Source: Takakia lepidozioides
Taxonomy: Eukaryota; Plantae; Bryophyta
NCBI GenBank assembly: GCA_030704615.1
Contig: CM060734.1
Coordinates: forward strand, 33,542,001-33,606,000
DNA: 64,000 nt
Reading direction: 5' to 3'
This document shows, piece by piece, positions 24,915 to 37,329 of this stretch. How positions within the stretch are numbered: the first letter of the stretch is position 1; each line of letters opens with the position of its first letter. A program made the translations under genes and the position numbers. Below the pieces are notes generated by a model. That model had not been told where the DNA came from. It worked only from the letters and a program-made list of their open reading frames with translations, and made no database searches.

Positions 24915-25800
24915 CATGGTTGGGGCTGTGCCGGGCTGCGCCGGTGGCCTTCAGGGCTGTGACAGGCCGCGCCTGAGGCTTTGGGGCTGTGACGGGGCTG
25001 TGACAGGCCATGCCTGAGGCCTTTGGGGCTGTGACAGGCTGTGAGGGGTTGTGTCAGGCCGTGCCTGAGGCCTTTGGGGCTGTGAGGGGCTGTGCCGGGC
25101 TGCGCCGGTGGCCTTCGGGCTGTGACGGGCTGTGAGGGTTGTGTCAGGCCGTGCAGGCCGTGCCTGAGGCCTTTGGGGCTGTGAGGGGCTGTGCCGGGCT
25201 GCGCCGGTGGCCTTCGGGGCTATGACGGCTGTGAGGGGCCTGTGAGGGCCTGTGACGGGCTACGCCGATGGCATTGGGGGCTGTGATGGGCTATGAGGGG
25301 CTGTGCCGGTGGCCTTTTGGGGCTGTGACAGGCTGTGCCCAGTGGCCTGTGGGGCTGTGACGGGCTGTGACAGGCTGTGCCCGTGGTCTTTGGGGCTGTG
25401 AGGGGCTGTGACAGGCCGTGCCTGAGGCCTTTGGGGCTGTGAGGGGCTGTGAGGGGCTGTGTCAGGCCGTGCCTGAGGCCTTTGGGGCTGTGAGGGGCTG
25501 TGACAGGCTGTGCCCAGTGGCCTGTGGGGCTGTGACGGGCTGTGCGGGGCTGTGACAAGCTGTGCCCAGTGGCCTGTGGGGCTGTGACAGGCTGTGCCCG
25601 TGGCCTTTGGGGCTGTGAGGGGCTGTGATAGGCCGTGCCTGAGGCCTTTGGGGCTGTGAGGGGCTGTGACGGGCTGTGCGGGGCTGTGACAGGCTGTGGT
25701 GAGTTGTGACGGGCTATGAGGGGCTGTGACAGGCTGTGCCCAGTGGCCTGTGGGACTGTGACGGCTGTGACCAGTGAGCTGTGTGGGCCTGTGCTGGTCT
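24915..25800. repeat. GC-rich minisatellite built from GGGCTGTGA / GGCCTTTGGGGCTGTGA units
   Basis: Dozens of GCTGTG(A/C) units in a higher-order arrangement. Confidence 0.92.
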
Positions 25801-26439
25801 GTGGTGGCCCATGTTGACCTGTGGACGGCCTGTGCTGACTCGTGGAGGCACTGGTGGACTGCCTAAGGATTGGCATGTGGTCTTGAAGGCCGAATTTCGA
25901 AGCTCGTGGAGGGCGGTTTGAGGAGTATCTTCATGATATTCCCATGGTCATGCAAGTGAGGGAAGAGAGGAGAGGAAGAGTGTTGGGATGAGGGCATGTT
26001 GGGGTTAGGCATTGCTTTAGCTTCTCTTCCTCGTAGTTTCCACCCTCTCATTAGGCCAAGACCTTTCCGTAGGTGGAGGCAAGAGTCAGTCCGGGTTTGG
26101 GTTGGGGTGTCATTGCAGGAGCAACACCGTGGAGTTGTTTTTGGTGTGGGGGAGTTGTCGTTCTGATTTCTTGTGTTTGGATCCCCTCTATACCTGCATG
26201 CTTGACTGTGCGCCATGCTAGTTTTGTGTGGGCGCTTGTTTTTATAGGTGATTGGTCCGGATTTGATCACCGGCCAGTCCTAGAGCATGCTGTCGATGGT
26301 GAGGCTGGGGTGATGACCAGCCAGACCATCATTGTTTCTCCTGTGGTGAGGTTGGAGGTGATGACCAGCCAACCATAGGAGTGCTTGCGGTGGATGCAGG
26401 TACATGTGTAGGCTATGTTAGGAACTTAGTATTACTGGA

Positions 26440-26620
26440 TGAATTAGCCAGAATGGGTGAGTGTGAGCAATATGGATAGGGTCGGCCGTGGGATCCAGTG
26501 GGGATTGGGCGGCCCCTGCCTGGGCGAGGAGGTCTGCGTTTTTGTTACCGGTGATACTAGTATGGGAGCGAACTTTGAGAAAGTGTATGGGGTGATTAAT
26601 GGAAGCCGCTTGGTTAATGC
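26440..26620 (-). pseudogene. RNase HI C-terminal fragment (retroelement-derived)
   Basis: HFLKVRSHTSITGNKNADLLAQAGA matches the RNase HI V.aH....GNe.AD.LA motif. Confidence 0.65.
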
Positions 26621-28828
26621 ATGATAGCTGCAATGAGAACCACATTCGGCTAACCACATTCACACTATCAAGAATGGTAGCCCAATCTGATGGCCTAAAA
26701 TTTCTTTTTTGATGTGCGGATACTGTTCTTCAAAAGCCTTCAACAAACCATAAGACTCCTCCACGGTCCAACCAACTTGCTCCGCTGGACCTTTCATTGC
26801 AAAGACGAAGGCACTCTACGACACGTGAAAACACCCTAAACCCTGGGCAAGAGCAAAAGAAGCTCTTACAATGCACTCCGGCTAAACCCTACATAACAAC
26901 TCGTTGCCTCGGGGTGGTATAGTATAAGGCCGAGATGTGGCGCCTCCGTCTCCTCTTCGTAATGGGAGTCTCCAGGGTGTAGAGACTAGAGACGTGTTAA
27001 GTGCTTGTGTAGTTTGTGTGTGTTTGTTTGGGGGAGTGGCAAGGGATAATGTGCAAGTATAATAGACTACGTTAGTGTAGTAATGATACCGGGTTAGTCA
27101 TGTAGTAATGGCAACAAGTTTAACTGAATAGAAACAGTTTATTAACAAAAAAATAGAAGTTGTTTCATTGAATAGAGCATGGCTTCTTGGTAAGGTTGTG
27201 GTGTATTTTCCACTAGGTTGCGGGTTCAAACCTGCCCCCGCCAAGGAGAGCGGGGGGGAAGGGGGGCGAGGCCTAAAGGCTTTAGCCTTAAAAAGGCCAA
27301 ATTGGCCAAATCTGAAATGTGAACCTTTTTTATACACTCTGGCGTTAGTGCTTTTTGGACTACATGGGCTACACGTGGATCCTCATAAGATGGTTGTACG
27401 ATTGACATGTTACTTTGTGGCGGCGCCTTCATAAGTTAGCCACGGGGAAGGAATGGAGGGATGGCACGGACAGTGGGAAGTACCTACAGTGTCCAGGCCA
27501 TCCGTCCCTTCCTCGCCGTCACGTTCCTCGAGGGTGGACCCCGCCCCGCCACACCTGCTGCAACCACCACGTCCAGATGGGACGGACGGATTTTAATCGT
27601 GTGAACCCGCCTTGAGGCTCGCTTCTTCTGGAGAATTGAGTACATCCCCGAAGTAATAATGTAAGAAATGTTTGTAATCTCACGCATATGTTGGCTATGA
27701 CCGGGTTCAACACAATACCAATTCTAGCGTCAAGGTCATTGTTCAGACGGATTCTCTTCAACAATTCATGTTTATTCTATTGTTGTTCAGGTACATGAAA
27801 TTTGTTCTTGGACCTAATGGTCGGCTGAAAGCGGAGCCAAAATTTCTTATGGCTTGGAAATTTGGTGCACCTCCAGCCAAAATGTACACCCCAGAGATTG
27901 AGAATGATTGGGATACAGAGCATCGTGAGCGAGGGGGGTGGTACTTGGATATGCCAAAAGGGAGTGTTCCATATGCAGAATCCGCTCTTCACCAGGATTC
28001 TGTTGCTAGGCAACAGCTAAATGATACTGGAGGGGCCTCTACTGAGGTTCCACTCTTAGAAATGGAACAAGCTGAGCAGATAACATCCCAGGCTGCTAAT
28101 GTTGTCGCGGCCCTTTGCCTTGAGGGCAGGGGGTCGGGACACAAGAGGGGCTGCCCCTGTGGTGGGGGCAGTGGCAGCGATAGGTATGGGGGGCTGAAGC
28201 ACCCTTGAGTGCCCAAAGCACTCAATGAGGCGGAGGCGCTCGCTAGGTGGAGCCCCGCACACCGGGTTGCGGTGGGGGTGGCTCCACAAGGGGTGGTGGT
28301 AGCTTAGCGGGACTTAGTGGGGGTGGCATAGGACTCACCTTGGGGCGGAGACCTCGTGGTGGGAGTCGTGGGGAGTCTTGGGACTCATCACGGTCCATAG
28401 GGGCCGTGGTGGGTGGGCCAAGATTCACCGCGACTCATCACCGGGAGTCGAGGGTGTTCGTGGTGGTTCGCCATAAAATGGCATGGTTGTTTGTGAAACC
28501 CCCGCGGACAGCTACAAAAGTATATATAGGGAGTAGTAACCCCGAAAACGGTGCAAGCTCGTTGGTGACCAAAAACTAGTGAGTAAGCGAGCGAGCCGGA
28601 AAGCGACCAAAGAGTGGGGAGCTGTTCAAGACTGCCAACTACCAAAGGGAATTCCGCTGGTTCCAAATCGTTGGAGGGTTCTTTGGGAGACCAAAGGGGG
28701 ACCGTTATGCCCCGGTGAGCAGCCGGAGCTCCAAGTTGGCCCGACGGCCAGTTGGGAGTTAGGCGTGCGCATCAAGCGAGTAACTATGACTTGAGGGGGG
28801 AGCTTACCGAAGTGAGGTGCACGACACT

Positions 28829-28840
28829 TGGTATCAGAGC
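28829..28840 (+). promoter_or_regulatory. Primer binding site complementary to tRNA-iMet 3' end
   Basis: TGGTATCAGAGC 2 nt after the 5' LTR end. Confidence 0.9.
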
Positions 28841-28881
28841 CTAGAGTTTAGTACGCAATTGTCCTTGGGATTGGCCTCATC

Positions 28882-31800
28882 ATGGGGTCGGACAAGCCAA
28901 AGCGAAAGCGGAACGGCCCAAAAGATGATGATCCTGGTGAGCCCAATGGGGGCGACGTGTCACCGAGGTGGCCGTTTGAGGAAGCGATGCATGTTTCCGA
29001 AAACGAGGCCACTCAAGAGCGGGAGGAATCTGAGGAGTCAGATCCTGAGGAATCCCTGAGAGCTCCGACCGACCAATGGATGCCTCCCATGCCGGCAGCC
29101 TTTTGGGAAGGGTTGTTGGCGCAATTTGGCGGGACGTTGAAAGACGTGTTGAAGGCGGCTAATGCCACTTCCACTAAGGCAAAGTTTAAGGTGAAGCCTA
29201 AGGAACCCGACACCTTCGAGGGCGTCCGAAATCAGAAGGCACTCAACACCTGGCTCTTGGAACTAGAGCAGTACTTCCGGGCGGCCAAGTTGAGTGACGA
29301 GGATCGGGTGGAAGTGGCTCCCACCTATTTGAGGGCTATGCTCAACAATGGTGGCAGAAACACCTTCACGACCGAGGTCCAAGCCCGGAAACCTTGAACT
29401 GGAGTGGGTTCAAGGAATTGATGAAGAGGCAGTTTGTGCCCCTCAACGCGTCTTGGCTCGCTCGGGACAAGATGAGGAATTTGAAGCAAACAGATGACAT
29501 TCGATATGTCCAGTGTCGCGGCCCTTTGCCTTGAGGGCAGGGGGTCGGGACACATGAGGGGCTGCCCCTGTGGTGGGGGCAGCGGCAGCGATAGGTATGG
29601 GGGTGGTATGGGGCAGCGATAGGTATGGGGCTCCACAAGGGGTGGTGGTAGCTTAGCGGGACTTAGTGGGGGTGGCATAGGACTCACCATGGGGGCGGAG
29701 ACCTCGTGGTGGGAGTCGTGGGAGTCTTGGGACTCATCACGGTCCATAGGGCCGTGGTGAGTGGGCCAAGACTCACCGCGACTCATCACCGGGAGTCGAG
29801 GTTTTCGTGGTGGTTCGCCATAAAATGGCATGGCTGGTTGTGAAACCCCCGCGGACAGCTACAGAAGTATATATAGGGAGTAGTAACCCCGAGAACGGTG
29901 CAAGCCCGTTGGTGACCAAAAACTAGTGAGTAAGCGTGCGAGCCGGAAAGCGACCAAAGAGTGGGGAGCTGTTCCGGACTGCCAACTACCAAAGGCAATT
30001 CCGCTGGTTCCAAATCGGTGGAGGGTTCTTTGGGAGAACAAAGGGGGACCGTTATGCCCCGATGAGCAGCCAAAGCTCCAAGTTGGCCTGGCGGCCAGGT
30101 TGGGAGTCAGGCGCGCGCATCAAAGCGAGTAGCTATGACTTGAGGGGGAGCTTACCGAAGTGAGGTGCACAACATCTAGGCTTTCAATGTGCTATTGCTC
30201 GAAGTCGCGGACATGGTAGAACCAGAAATGGTCTTCAACTTTGTGGCGGGATTGGCCCCATGGGCCAGGCGGAAGTTGGAGGAGAAGCCACCTAAGACTT
30301 TGAACGAGGCAATTGAGAGGGCTGAATGTTTCTCGGATGTCCCTAAGGGTGAAAGACAAGGCCGTACGGAGCTGAACCACAAGAAGACCCAGCGGGAAGG
30401 TGACTCCTTCCGACCGGAAAAGAAGTGGGATAGGCCACGCGGCGACAATGGCACGTGGAAATCGAAGGGAGGGCCTTCACAAGTCAAGGCGGCACCCTGT
30501 GCTTCGAAAGGAAAAGCGGGTGGAGTGGCCTATGGCGGACAGAAGGCGACTTTTGATGGAGTGTGTTTCAATTGCGGGGAGCCCGGGCACATGGCCAAGA
30601 AGTGCACGAAGCCCCGGCAATTGAACATGACTCGGGCGACCATAGAGCTGTCAGAAGATACCATCAGTCGCTTGGTGGAAGCGGTGGTCGCCAGGACTTG
30701 CAAGGTAGGCAAATTTTCTTGTGAGTTGTATCAGGAAACTGGCGCCTTACGTAAAGGGAGTCAGTTATTGTTCGTGGATGGGATAATATCCGGAACTAAC
30801 GTGTCTTTGGTTGTGGACACAGGAGCGTCGCACTCCTTCATGACACCGGCAATGACACAAAAGCTGGGACTCCCAACAAGTGACGTGGGGGCCTCTATTG
30901 AGGTGCGTTCTGCCAAAGGAGAACCGCAATTGGCGACAAGGTTGGCGTTTGATGTTCTTTTTCAACTGGGGAGTTGGGAGGGACGTGAGAACTTCACCAT
31001 CTGCGAGATCGATGGAGTAGATTTCATTTTGGGGATGACCTTTTTGAGCAAATCCAGAGCGGTCATAGATGGCCGCAAGAGAGTACTCACGCTGCCATGT
31101 GGGAATGGTGGCGAGGTCTTACGAGTGTCGGAAATGCCCAAACCCGTGGGAGGGCGAATAAACCTTCTGTCAGCAAGGGAGTGGGCCGTGGAGGAGGCAC
31201 ACGGGCCCCAGTTTTTGCTCTACATTAGAGAAGTGAAGGGAGAAGGCGATGGGGAGCCGAGCCCAGATTGGATCAAGGGGATTTTCGAGAAATACCAGGA
31301 CGTGATGCCGGAGGATCTACCAAGCGGCTTGCCACCGCGAAGAGGAGTTGACCACAAGATTGAGGTGATACCGGGATCAGAACCGCCTGCCAGGCGCCCT
31401 ACCGGTTGAGCCACAGAGAGTTGGTCGAGCTGAAGACTCAGCTCAAAGATCTAATGTCAAAGGGGTACATCCGGCCGAGTAAGTCAACTTACGGAGCCCC
31501 GGTGCTATTTGCAGACAAGAAGGATGGGACGCTGCGGATGTGTGTTGATTACATGGCTTTGAATAAGGTGACTATCAAAAACCGGTACCCTTTGCCAAGG
31601 ATCGACGACCTTTTCGATCGGTTGGCAGGAGCGAAGTATTTCAGCCGGATCGATCTGCGCTCCGGCTATCATCAAATTCGAGTGGCGGAAGGAGATGAGG
31701 AGAAGACCGCGTGCAGGACAAGGTATGGTTCATATGAGTTCTTGGTGATGCCTTTTGGACTCACCAACGCTCCCGCGACCTTTAGCACGCTGATGAACAG

Positions 31801-33550
31801 CCTTTTCCAGGAGTGGTTGGATGACTTTGTGATCGTGTACATCGACGACATCTTGGTGTATTCGAAAACAAAGGAGGAGCACCTGGAGCACCTCAAAAGG
31901 GTGTCCCAGAAATTGCGGGAAGGGAAGCTGTATGCCAAAGCTTCAAAGTGCAAATTCGGGGTCACAAAAGTGGAGTTCTTGGGGCATGTGATTACACAGG
32001 ATTGGATCAGAATGGATGACAGGAAGGTGAGGGCAATCTTGGACTGGGAGCCTCCGACTTCGGTCCCGGGAGTGCGATCCTTTCTAGGACTCGCCTCCTA
32101 TTACCGGAAGTATGTGAGAAATTTCGCCAAGATCGCGGGGCCGCTGTCAGACCTTCTGTGTAAATCCAAAGTCTGGGCATGGAACACCTTTTGTGGCCAA
32201 GCTTTTGCTGAATTGAAGCAGCGGATGGCGGAAGCTCCAGTCTTGAAAATTCCGGAGTTCGATCGTCCGTTCGAGATTCATACAGATGCGTCGGACTTCG
32301 CGATTGGGGGTGTACTGATGCAAGATGGACGTCCAGTGGCTTACGAAAGTAAGAAACTGAATGAAGTGGAGCGACGGTGGCCGACGCACGAGAAAGAGAT
32401 GAAGGCGGTGGTGCACTGTCTTGAGCTTTGGCGCCACTATGTTGGTTCCAACCCAGTGAAGGTGTTCACGGACAATGTCACGGTGAAGTATTTTGCCACG
32501 CAGCCCAAGTTGTCCCCAAAACAACTTAGGTGGCAAGATACTTTGGTGGTGTTCGACGTGGATATCCAGTACAAACCAGGACGGGACAACGTAGTGGCCG
32601 ATGCTTTAAGTAGAAAGCAGCAGCTAATGTTGGTGTACAGGGGCGAGACGGCGCTCCAAAGGAAGATCCGGAAGGCTTGCCGGAAGGATGAGCTGGCGAA
32701 GTCCGTGATGCAGGACTTGAGGATGGGGGTTAAATCGCAGTTCCATTTGCAAAATGGACTGCTCTGGTATAAGCAAAAGCGTCTCTACGTGCCGAAGGGA
32801 GGGATCATAGATAGCCTCTTGAGAGAATGCCATGATAGCCCGCTTGCGGGGCCACGGCGGAGCCAAGCGCATTGCGGCACTCTTGAAGAAAGAGTATTTC
32901 TGGCCCAAACTGAGGGAGGAGGCAGAGGAGTATGTCAAGACATGCACCACATGCCAACAAAACCGGAGCGAGTACAAAAAGCAAGCGGGGCTGTTACAAC
33001 CCTTGCCGATTCCAGAGGGGACTTGGGAAAACGTCTCGATGGATTTCATGACTGCTATGCCGCTGCCAAAAAGATTCGATGCAATCATGGTGGTGGTGGA
33101 TAGGTTCAGTAAAATGGGCCATTTCATCCCCACCAAGGAGACGGCAACGGCGCAGGAAACAGGGCAACTTTACTTCGCCCACGTCTTAAAGCATCACGGA
33201 GTCCCGAAGGATATTGTCTCGGACCGCGATCCAAAGTTTACGAGTAAATTTTGGAGGGCACTTTGGAAGAAGATGGGGACAAGGCTGAAGATGAGCACCG
33301 CCTTCCGACCTACGACCGACGGCCAAACGGAAAGAGTGAATTCCGTAGTGAAGCAGATCTTGTGGAATTACGTGTCGGTAGACCAAACAGACTGGGTGGA
33401 ACACTTAGACGCGGCAGAGTTCTGTTATAATAACACAGAACACTCCGCAACGGGAGTTTCCCCTTTCGTATTGGTCTATGGAAAAGCACCTCTGGTGCCG
33501 ACAAGTTGGGCCGCCCAGGACGTTGAGGAACCGGCAGTAGCGGCAGTACT
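28882..33550 (+). pseudogene. Chromovirus gag-pol (frameshifted, interrupted by solo LTR)
   Basis: Gag PDTFEG...WLLELEQYF; zinc knuckle CFNCGEPGHMAKKC; protease VDTGASHSF; [15 protein letters not shown]; RNase H TDAS; integrase SMDF/SDRD/GQTERVN. Frameshifts near 29335, 31405 and 32850. Confidence 0.93.
29514..30174 (+). repeat. Solo LTR of the same chromovirus family inserted in gag
   Basis: TGTCGCG...CAACA copy of the flanking LTRs with near-perfect 5-bp TSD TCCAG/TCTAG; gag reads through once it is removed (DIRYVQ|AFNVLLL). Confidence 0.9.
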
Positions 33551-34143
33551 GGACCCCCACGCTCCAAGGTTGATGTCCCCATCAACGCTTCTTCCGCTTT
33601 TGAGGTCGCCCTTCGAAAACTGCAACCGCCTCGGATGCGTTTCCCATTTCTGAGGCATGCACCCAAGATGCCTCCACATGATGATAGCCCTTCCATTTGA
33701 CGAGATACTATGTTTCTCGGTTCTTGAACCTCCTCGACTTAAATACTACCTCCACCTCATACTCCGGTTCATTTTCATGATCCAACAGCACAGGTGGCGG
33801 ACGCAACACTTAATGCCGATTCGGACGCGCTTCATCTTTGCAGTAAGGCTTCAAAAGGGAGACGTGGAATACTAGATGCACCTTGCTGTTTGCCGGCAGC
33901 TCCAATTCATACACATCCTCATTCATAACCTTCCGGATGCGAAAGGGTCCCACATACGGAGGTACGAACTTTGGACTCACTTCCGGAGGTAGTCGGAAAT
34001 TCTTGATGTTCAACCATACCTCCGTGCCTGCCTCAAACTTCACTTCCCTCCGCTTCCGGTTCGCCTGCCTTTCATACCGTTTCCTAGCTTTGGCAATGTT
34101 GTACTTTGCGAGCTTCAACAAACGCTCACGTTCCGGCTTAGCT
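33551..34143 (-). pseudogene. Inverted integrase C-terminus (GPY/F) and chromodomain of the chromovirus
   Basis: Minus strand: ...PYVGPFRI...VHLVFHVSLLKPY...EYEVEVV...YLVKWKGYHHVEASWV. Confidence 0.88.
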
Positions 34144-36119
34144 AGCTTAGGAATCCAATTGCAAAAACTTGTATTGTACAAAATTTTGTTATAAAGGAAA
34201 TGGGTTCCAAATGTTGTGCGTCCTATTTTGTTTGGAATGGTGATGCATGATGTGGTTGGCTAGTGTGTAGAATACATGCTAGCTTACAAAAGTGGGAGAG
34301 GTAAATTGGGTTAATCGTGTGTTTGCGTAGTGCCGAAATCGGGTGACTCCCATCCAAGGGGCAAAGAAACTTGCGCCTTCTTTAGGAGTTTACGTGCTAG
34401 TGCGCACCTGGCGCGTGCGAATACTATAACTGTGCTACCGAGGGGGTTGCTTTGTAGTACGGGCTAACGCGGAAGCTACGTGCTTCCGTTCACGTACTAT
34501 AATCATGTAGCCTCGGGACGGAGTCGTAGTGCGGCTTCGGCGTGTTCCCGTACCTCAGGCCAGCATTCCAAGGTGGACCCAATTGTAGTGATTGGGGCGC
34601 GCGGTTGGTTCAAGGTTATCTTCCCGGTCAAAGAGGGTTTGAGGTGAACCCTTGCTCAAGGTGATGCCAAAAGCGGCATCATGAGCGGTCGCAAGCAATG
34701 ATGTTGCAGTAAGGCAATTCGATCCTCGGGGAGGATCGTTCCTTTGCCTTGAAGTAGGCCAAGAAGAGTGCACTGGGAGGAGCTTGAGAGGCTCCACCCT
34801 TGGCCGGGACTTGGAGGAAGTCGGCCGAACTAGCTAGTGGAGAGTAGAGTCAAGTGGGGGGTTTGGTTCTTTGCCATGGGACGCCATGGTACGGAAACAA
34901 ACTCCTTGATGTGGGATGCCACAACTTGGATGTTCGTTTCCATAAAATGGACAAGCCGATGAGGACATCGACTCCCTGTTGGTAGGGGTGTGTGTCGCGG
35001 CCATTTGCTTTGAGGGCAGGGGGTCGGGACACAAGAGGGGCTGCCCCTGTGGTGGGGGCAGTGGTAGCGATAGGTATGGGGGGCTGAAGCACCCTTGAGT
35101 GCCCAAAACACTCAATGAGGCGGAGGCGCTCACTAGGTGGAGCCCCGCACACCGGGTTGCGGTGGGGGTGGCTCCACAAGGGGTGGTGGTAGCTTAGCGG
35201 GACTTAGTGGGGGTGGCATAGGACTCACCCTGGGGCGGAGACCTCGTGGTGGGAGTCGTGGGGAGTCTTGGGACTCATCACAGTCCATAGGGGCCGTGGT
35301 GGGTGGGCCAAGACTCACCGCGACTCATCACCGGGAGTCGAGGATGTTCGTGGTGGTTCGCCATAAAATGGCATGGTTGTTTGTGAAACCCCCGCAGACA
35401 GCTACAAAAGTATGTATAGGGAGTAGTAACCCCGAGAACGGTGCAAGCCCGTTGGTGACCAAAAACTAGTGAGTAAGCGAGCGAGCCGGAAAGCGACCAA
35501 AGAGTGGGGAGCTGTTCCGGACTGCCAACTACCAAAGGGAATTCCGCTGGTTCCAAATCGTTGGAGGGTTTTTTCGGAGATCAAAGGGGGGACCGTTATG
35601 CCCCGGTGAGCAGCCGGAGCTCCAAGTTGGCCCGGCGGCCAGGTTGGGAGTTAGGCGCGCGCATCAAGCGAGTAACTATGACTTGAGGGGGGAGCTTACC
35701 GAAGTGAGGTGCGCGACATGACTTGTTGGATGACAATGGTTGTTTAATGTTCTTGCAGGGCACTGATGATACTTCCGCTATGGAACTGTATTCTTTTTCA
35801 AAAGGCAGCAAAGTGTCTTTCATCTTTGATTGGGGTCTTCCTAGAAGTTAGAATTTAGTCTAGACCATATTGGTTGGAAAATGTAGTTATAATATGTGTT
35901 AGGAACTGAATCTAGCTGAGAGGAAGAAATGTCAATGAAAGGGGAGGGTCCCAGCTAGCTTGATAGGTGTGCAACGTTTCTTTTTGTCTTCGAGGCAGAC
36001 ATGTTTGAGATGCCTCTGAAGTCTACATGTGAAGCATGCTATACAAAGTAGCGTCTTCCATCAATTTGATTGAAATTTAATTTTCCTTGTCATCTATTGA
36101 TAGTTTGATATAGCTTGCA

Positions 36120-36260
36120 AGGATGGAGTCATCGGTTGGCATCGCAAAAATGATTTTGGGATTGTCGTTCTTTTGGAGTTTTGAAAATATCATTGCATTT
36201 GTCCATGGATGGTCCATTCTAATGGTATTTGTACACATTTTTCGATGGAATCTAGCGAAA
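36120..36260 (+). pseudogene. SWIM zinc-finger-like remnant (possible MULE transposase)
   Basis: YHCICPWMVHSNGICTHF = CxCx8CxH; the flanking frame is interrupted by stops. Confidence 0.4.
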
Positions 36261-36672
36261 CAGCCCATGTAGTAGCTAAAGACATTTCCAACATTTAAAA
36301 ATAATAAAAAACTAGTCTGATATTTGAGATACAAAAATGATTATTGGAGCCCAAACTTTTCCATTTCTATCTCCTGTGTGGGGAGACTATGGAAAGATAT
36401 ATAATACATTGAACCTTTTCAGATGTTAGTTGAAAGCTAAGGCATTTGATGCTGCTTCTTTATTTTAAATACTGGTGAAGAAAAATCCCATCATTTTCCC
36501 TTTGGAATGACAAAAATGTTGTTGTGGCTATTACTACATCTCATAGCTACCTAGAATTAAAGTGACCTAATCACCAACTAGGGGGGCAAATGTGGCTACT
36601 TTATGTGATATAAGTTTTGTGTGGTTTTGGACATCGATGTAGTTGTGTAGCGATACGTATGCGCATGACAGC

Positions 36673-37028
36673 TGTCAAGTTAATTTTACTACTAGTGTGA
36701 GACTGACTAGAAAATAAAAAGTTTTTATATATTGACACTTGGAATTTGGCCCAAGTATCAAACTAGGGATCAAAACCTTTTTAGGCACTTGAGCTCGGTT
36801 ATCATGAGAACAGTTCTGTGCGTCTTGCTATGGTGCGTCATATGGAGTCCCCACAGCTTAAGCTGCACATGGCTCGACTCCATGTTTTATGAGGCTTATG
36901 AGTGAAATGCACATGTGCATATTTTGTTTTTGTTAGTATTTTATTGTGGCAGACTACTTTGTGTGTATATAAGTGTCGTGTGGTTTGGACAACGATGTAG
37001 TTGAGTAGCGATATGTATGCGTATGACA
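36673..37028 (+). repeat. Short solo-LTR-like element (TGTCA...TGACA), preceded by an 80-bp partial copy (36591-36670)
   Basis: Inverted termini TGTCA/TGACA. First ~130 bp homologous to 23059 onward; 36591-36670 duplicates 36945-37028 and follows a purine tract AGGGGGGCAAA. Confidence 0.6.
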
Positions 37029-37329
37029 CCCAAATGAAGGTGATATCTTAATTGTCATTGGCTGTTTGTGGCCCTCCGCTCTCCTAATCGCTTGAAATTT
37101 GGGCAGCTAGGAAGAAATTAGCTTTTCGAGGTCATGGGATGCATCATTGCTTGTGGAATGCGTAGAGTTTCCTTGTGTAGTCCGGTTATTGCATAGTGAG
37201 ATATTTGTATACCCTGCATAATATGGTGCAAAAAAAATGCCAAATCCGATCATTCCATATTGAAATATTTGAAAGCTTGGGTGATTTTGGTTGCAGCTAT
37301 TTCCCAAATGCAGTGTCCGGAACAAAAAC

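Larger units (their letters stand above)
23059..26435 (+). repeat. Long LTR-like sequence related to the DNMT-gypsy 5' region, opposite orientation, truncated
   Basis: Starts TGTCAAG. Its 5' part matches 20802-21518 (-) and 36673-36900 (+); its 3' part matches 17670-18240 (-). Confidence 0.6.
28103..35718 (+). mobile_element. Ty3/gypsy chromovirus with LTRs 28103-28826 and 34993-35718; defective
   Basis: TGTCGCG...CGACA LTRs (~725 bp, ~3% divergent by eye); PBS TGGTATCAGAGC at 28829-28840 (tRNA-iMet); purine-rich tract before 34993; gag, PR, RT, RH, INT and chromodomain all recognisable. Confidence 0.95.

Noticed and set aside
25220-25876. 218-aa ORF rich in SQPLTAP repeats
   Set aside because: Artefact of translating the GGGCTGTGA minisatellite.
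27176-27245. A-box/B-box-like motifs (TGGCTTCTTGG ... GGTTCAAAC) suggesting a tRNA or SINE; similar B-boxes near 38600 and 49670
   Set aside because: No cloverleaf could be folded and no clear tail or TSD was found; at most SINE debris.
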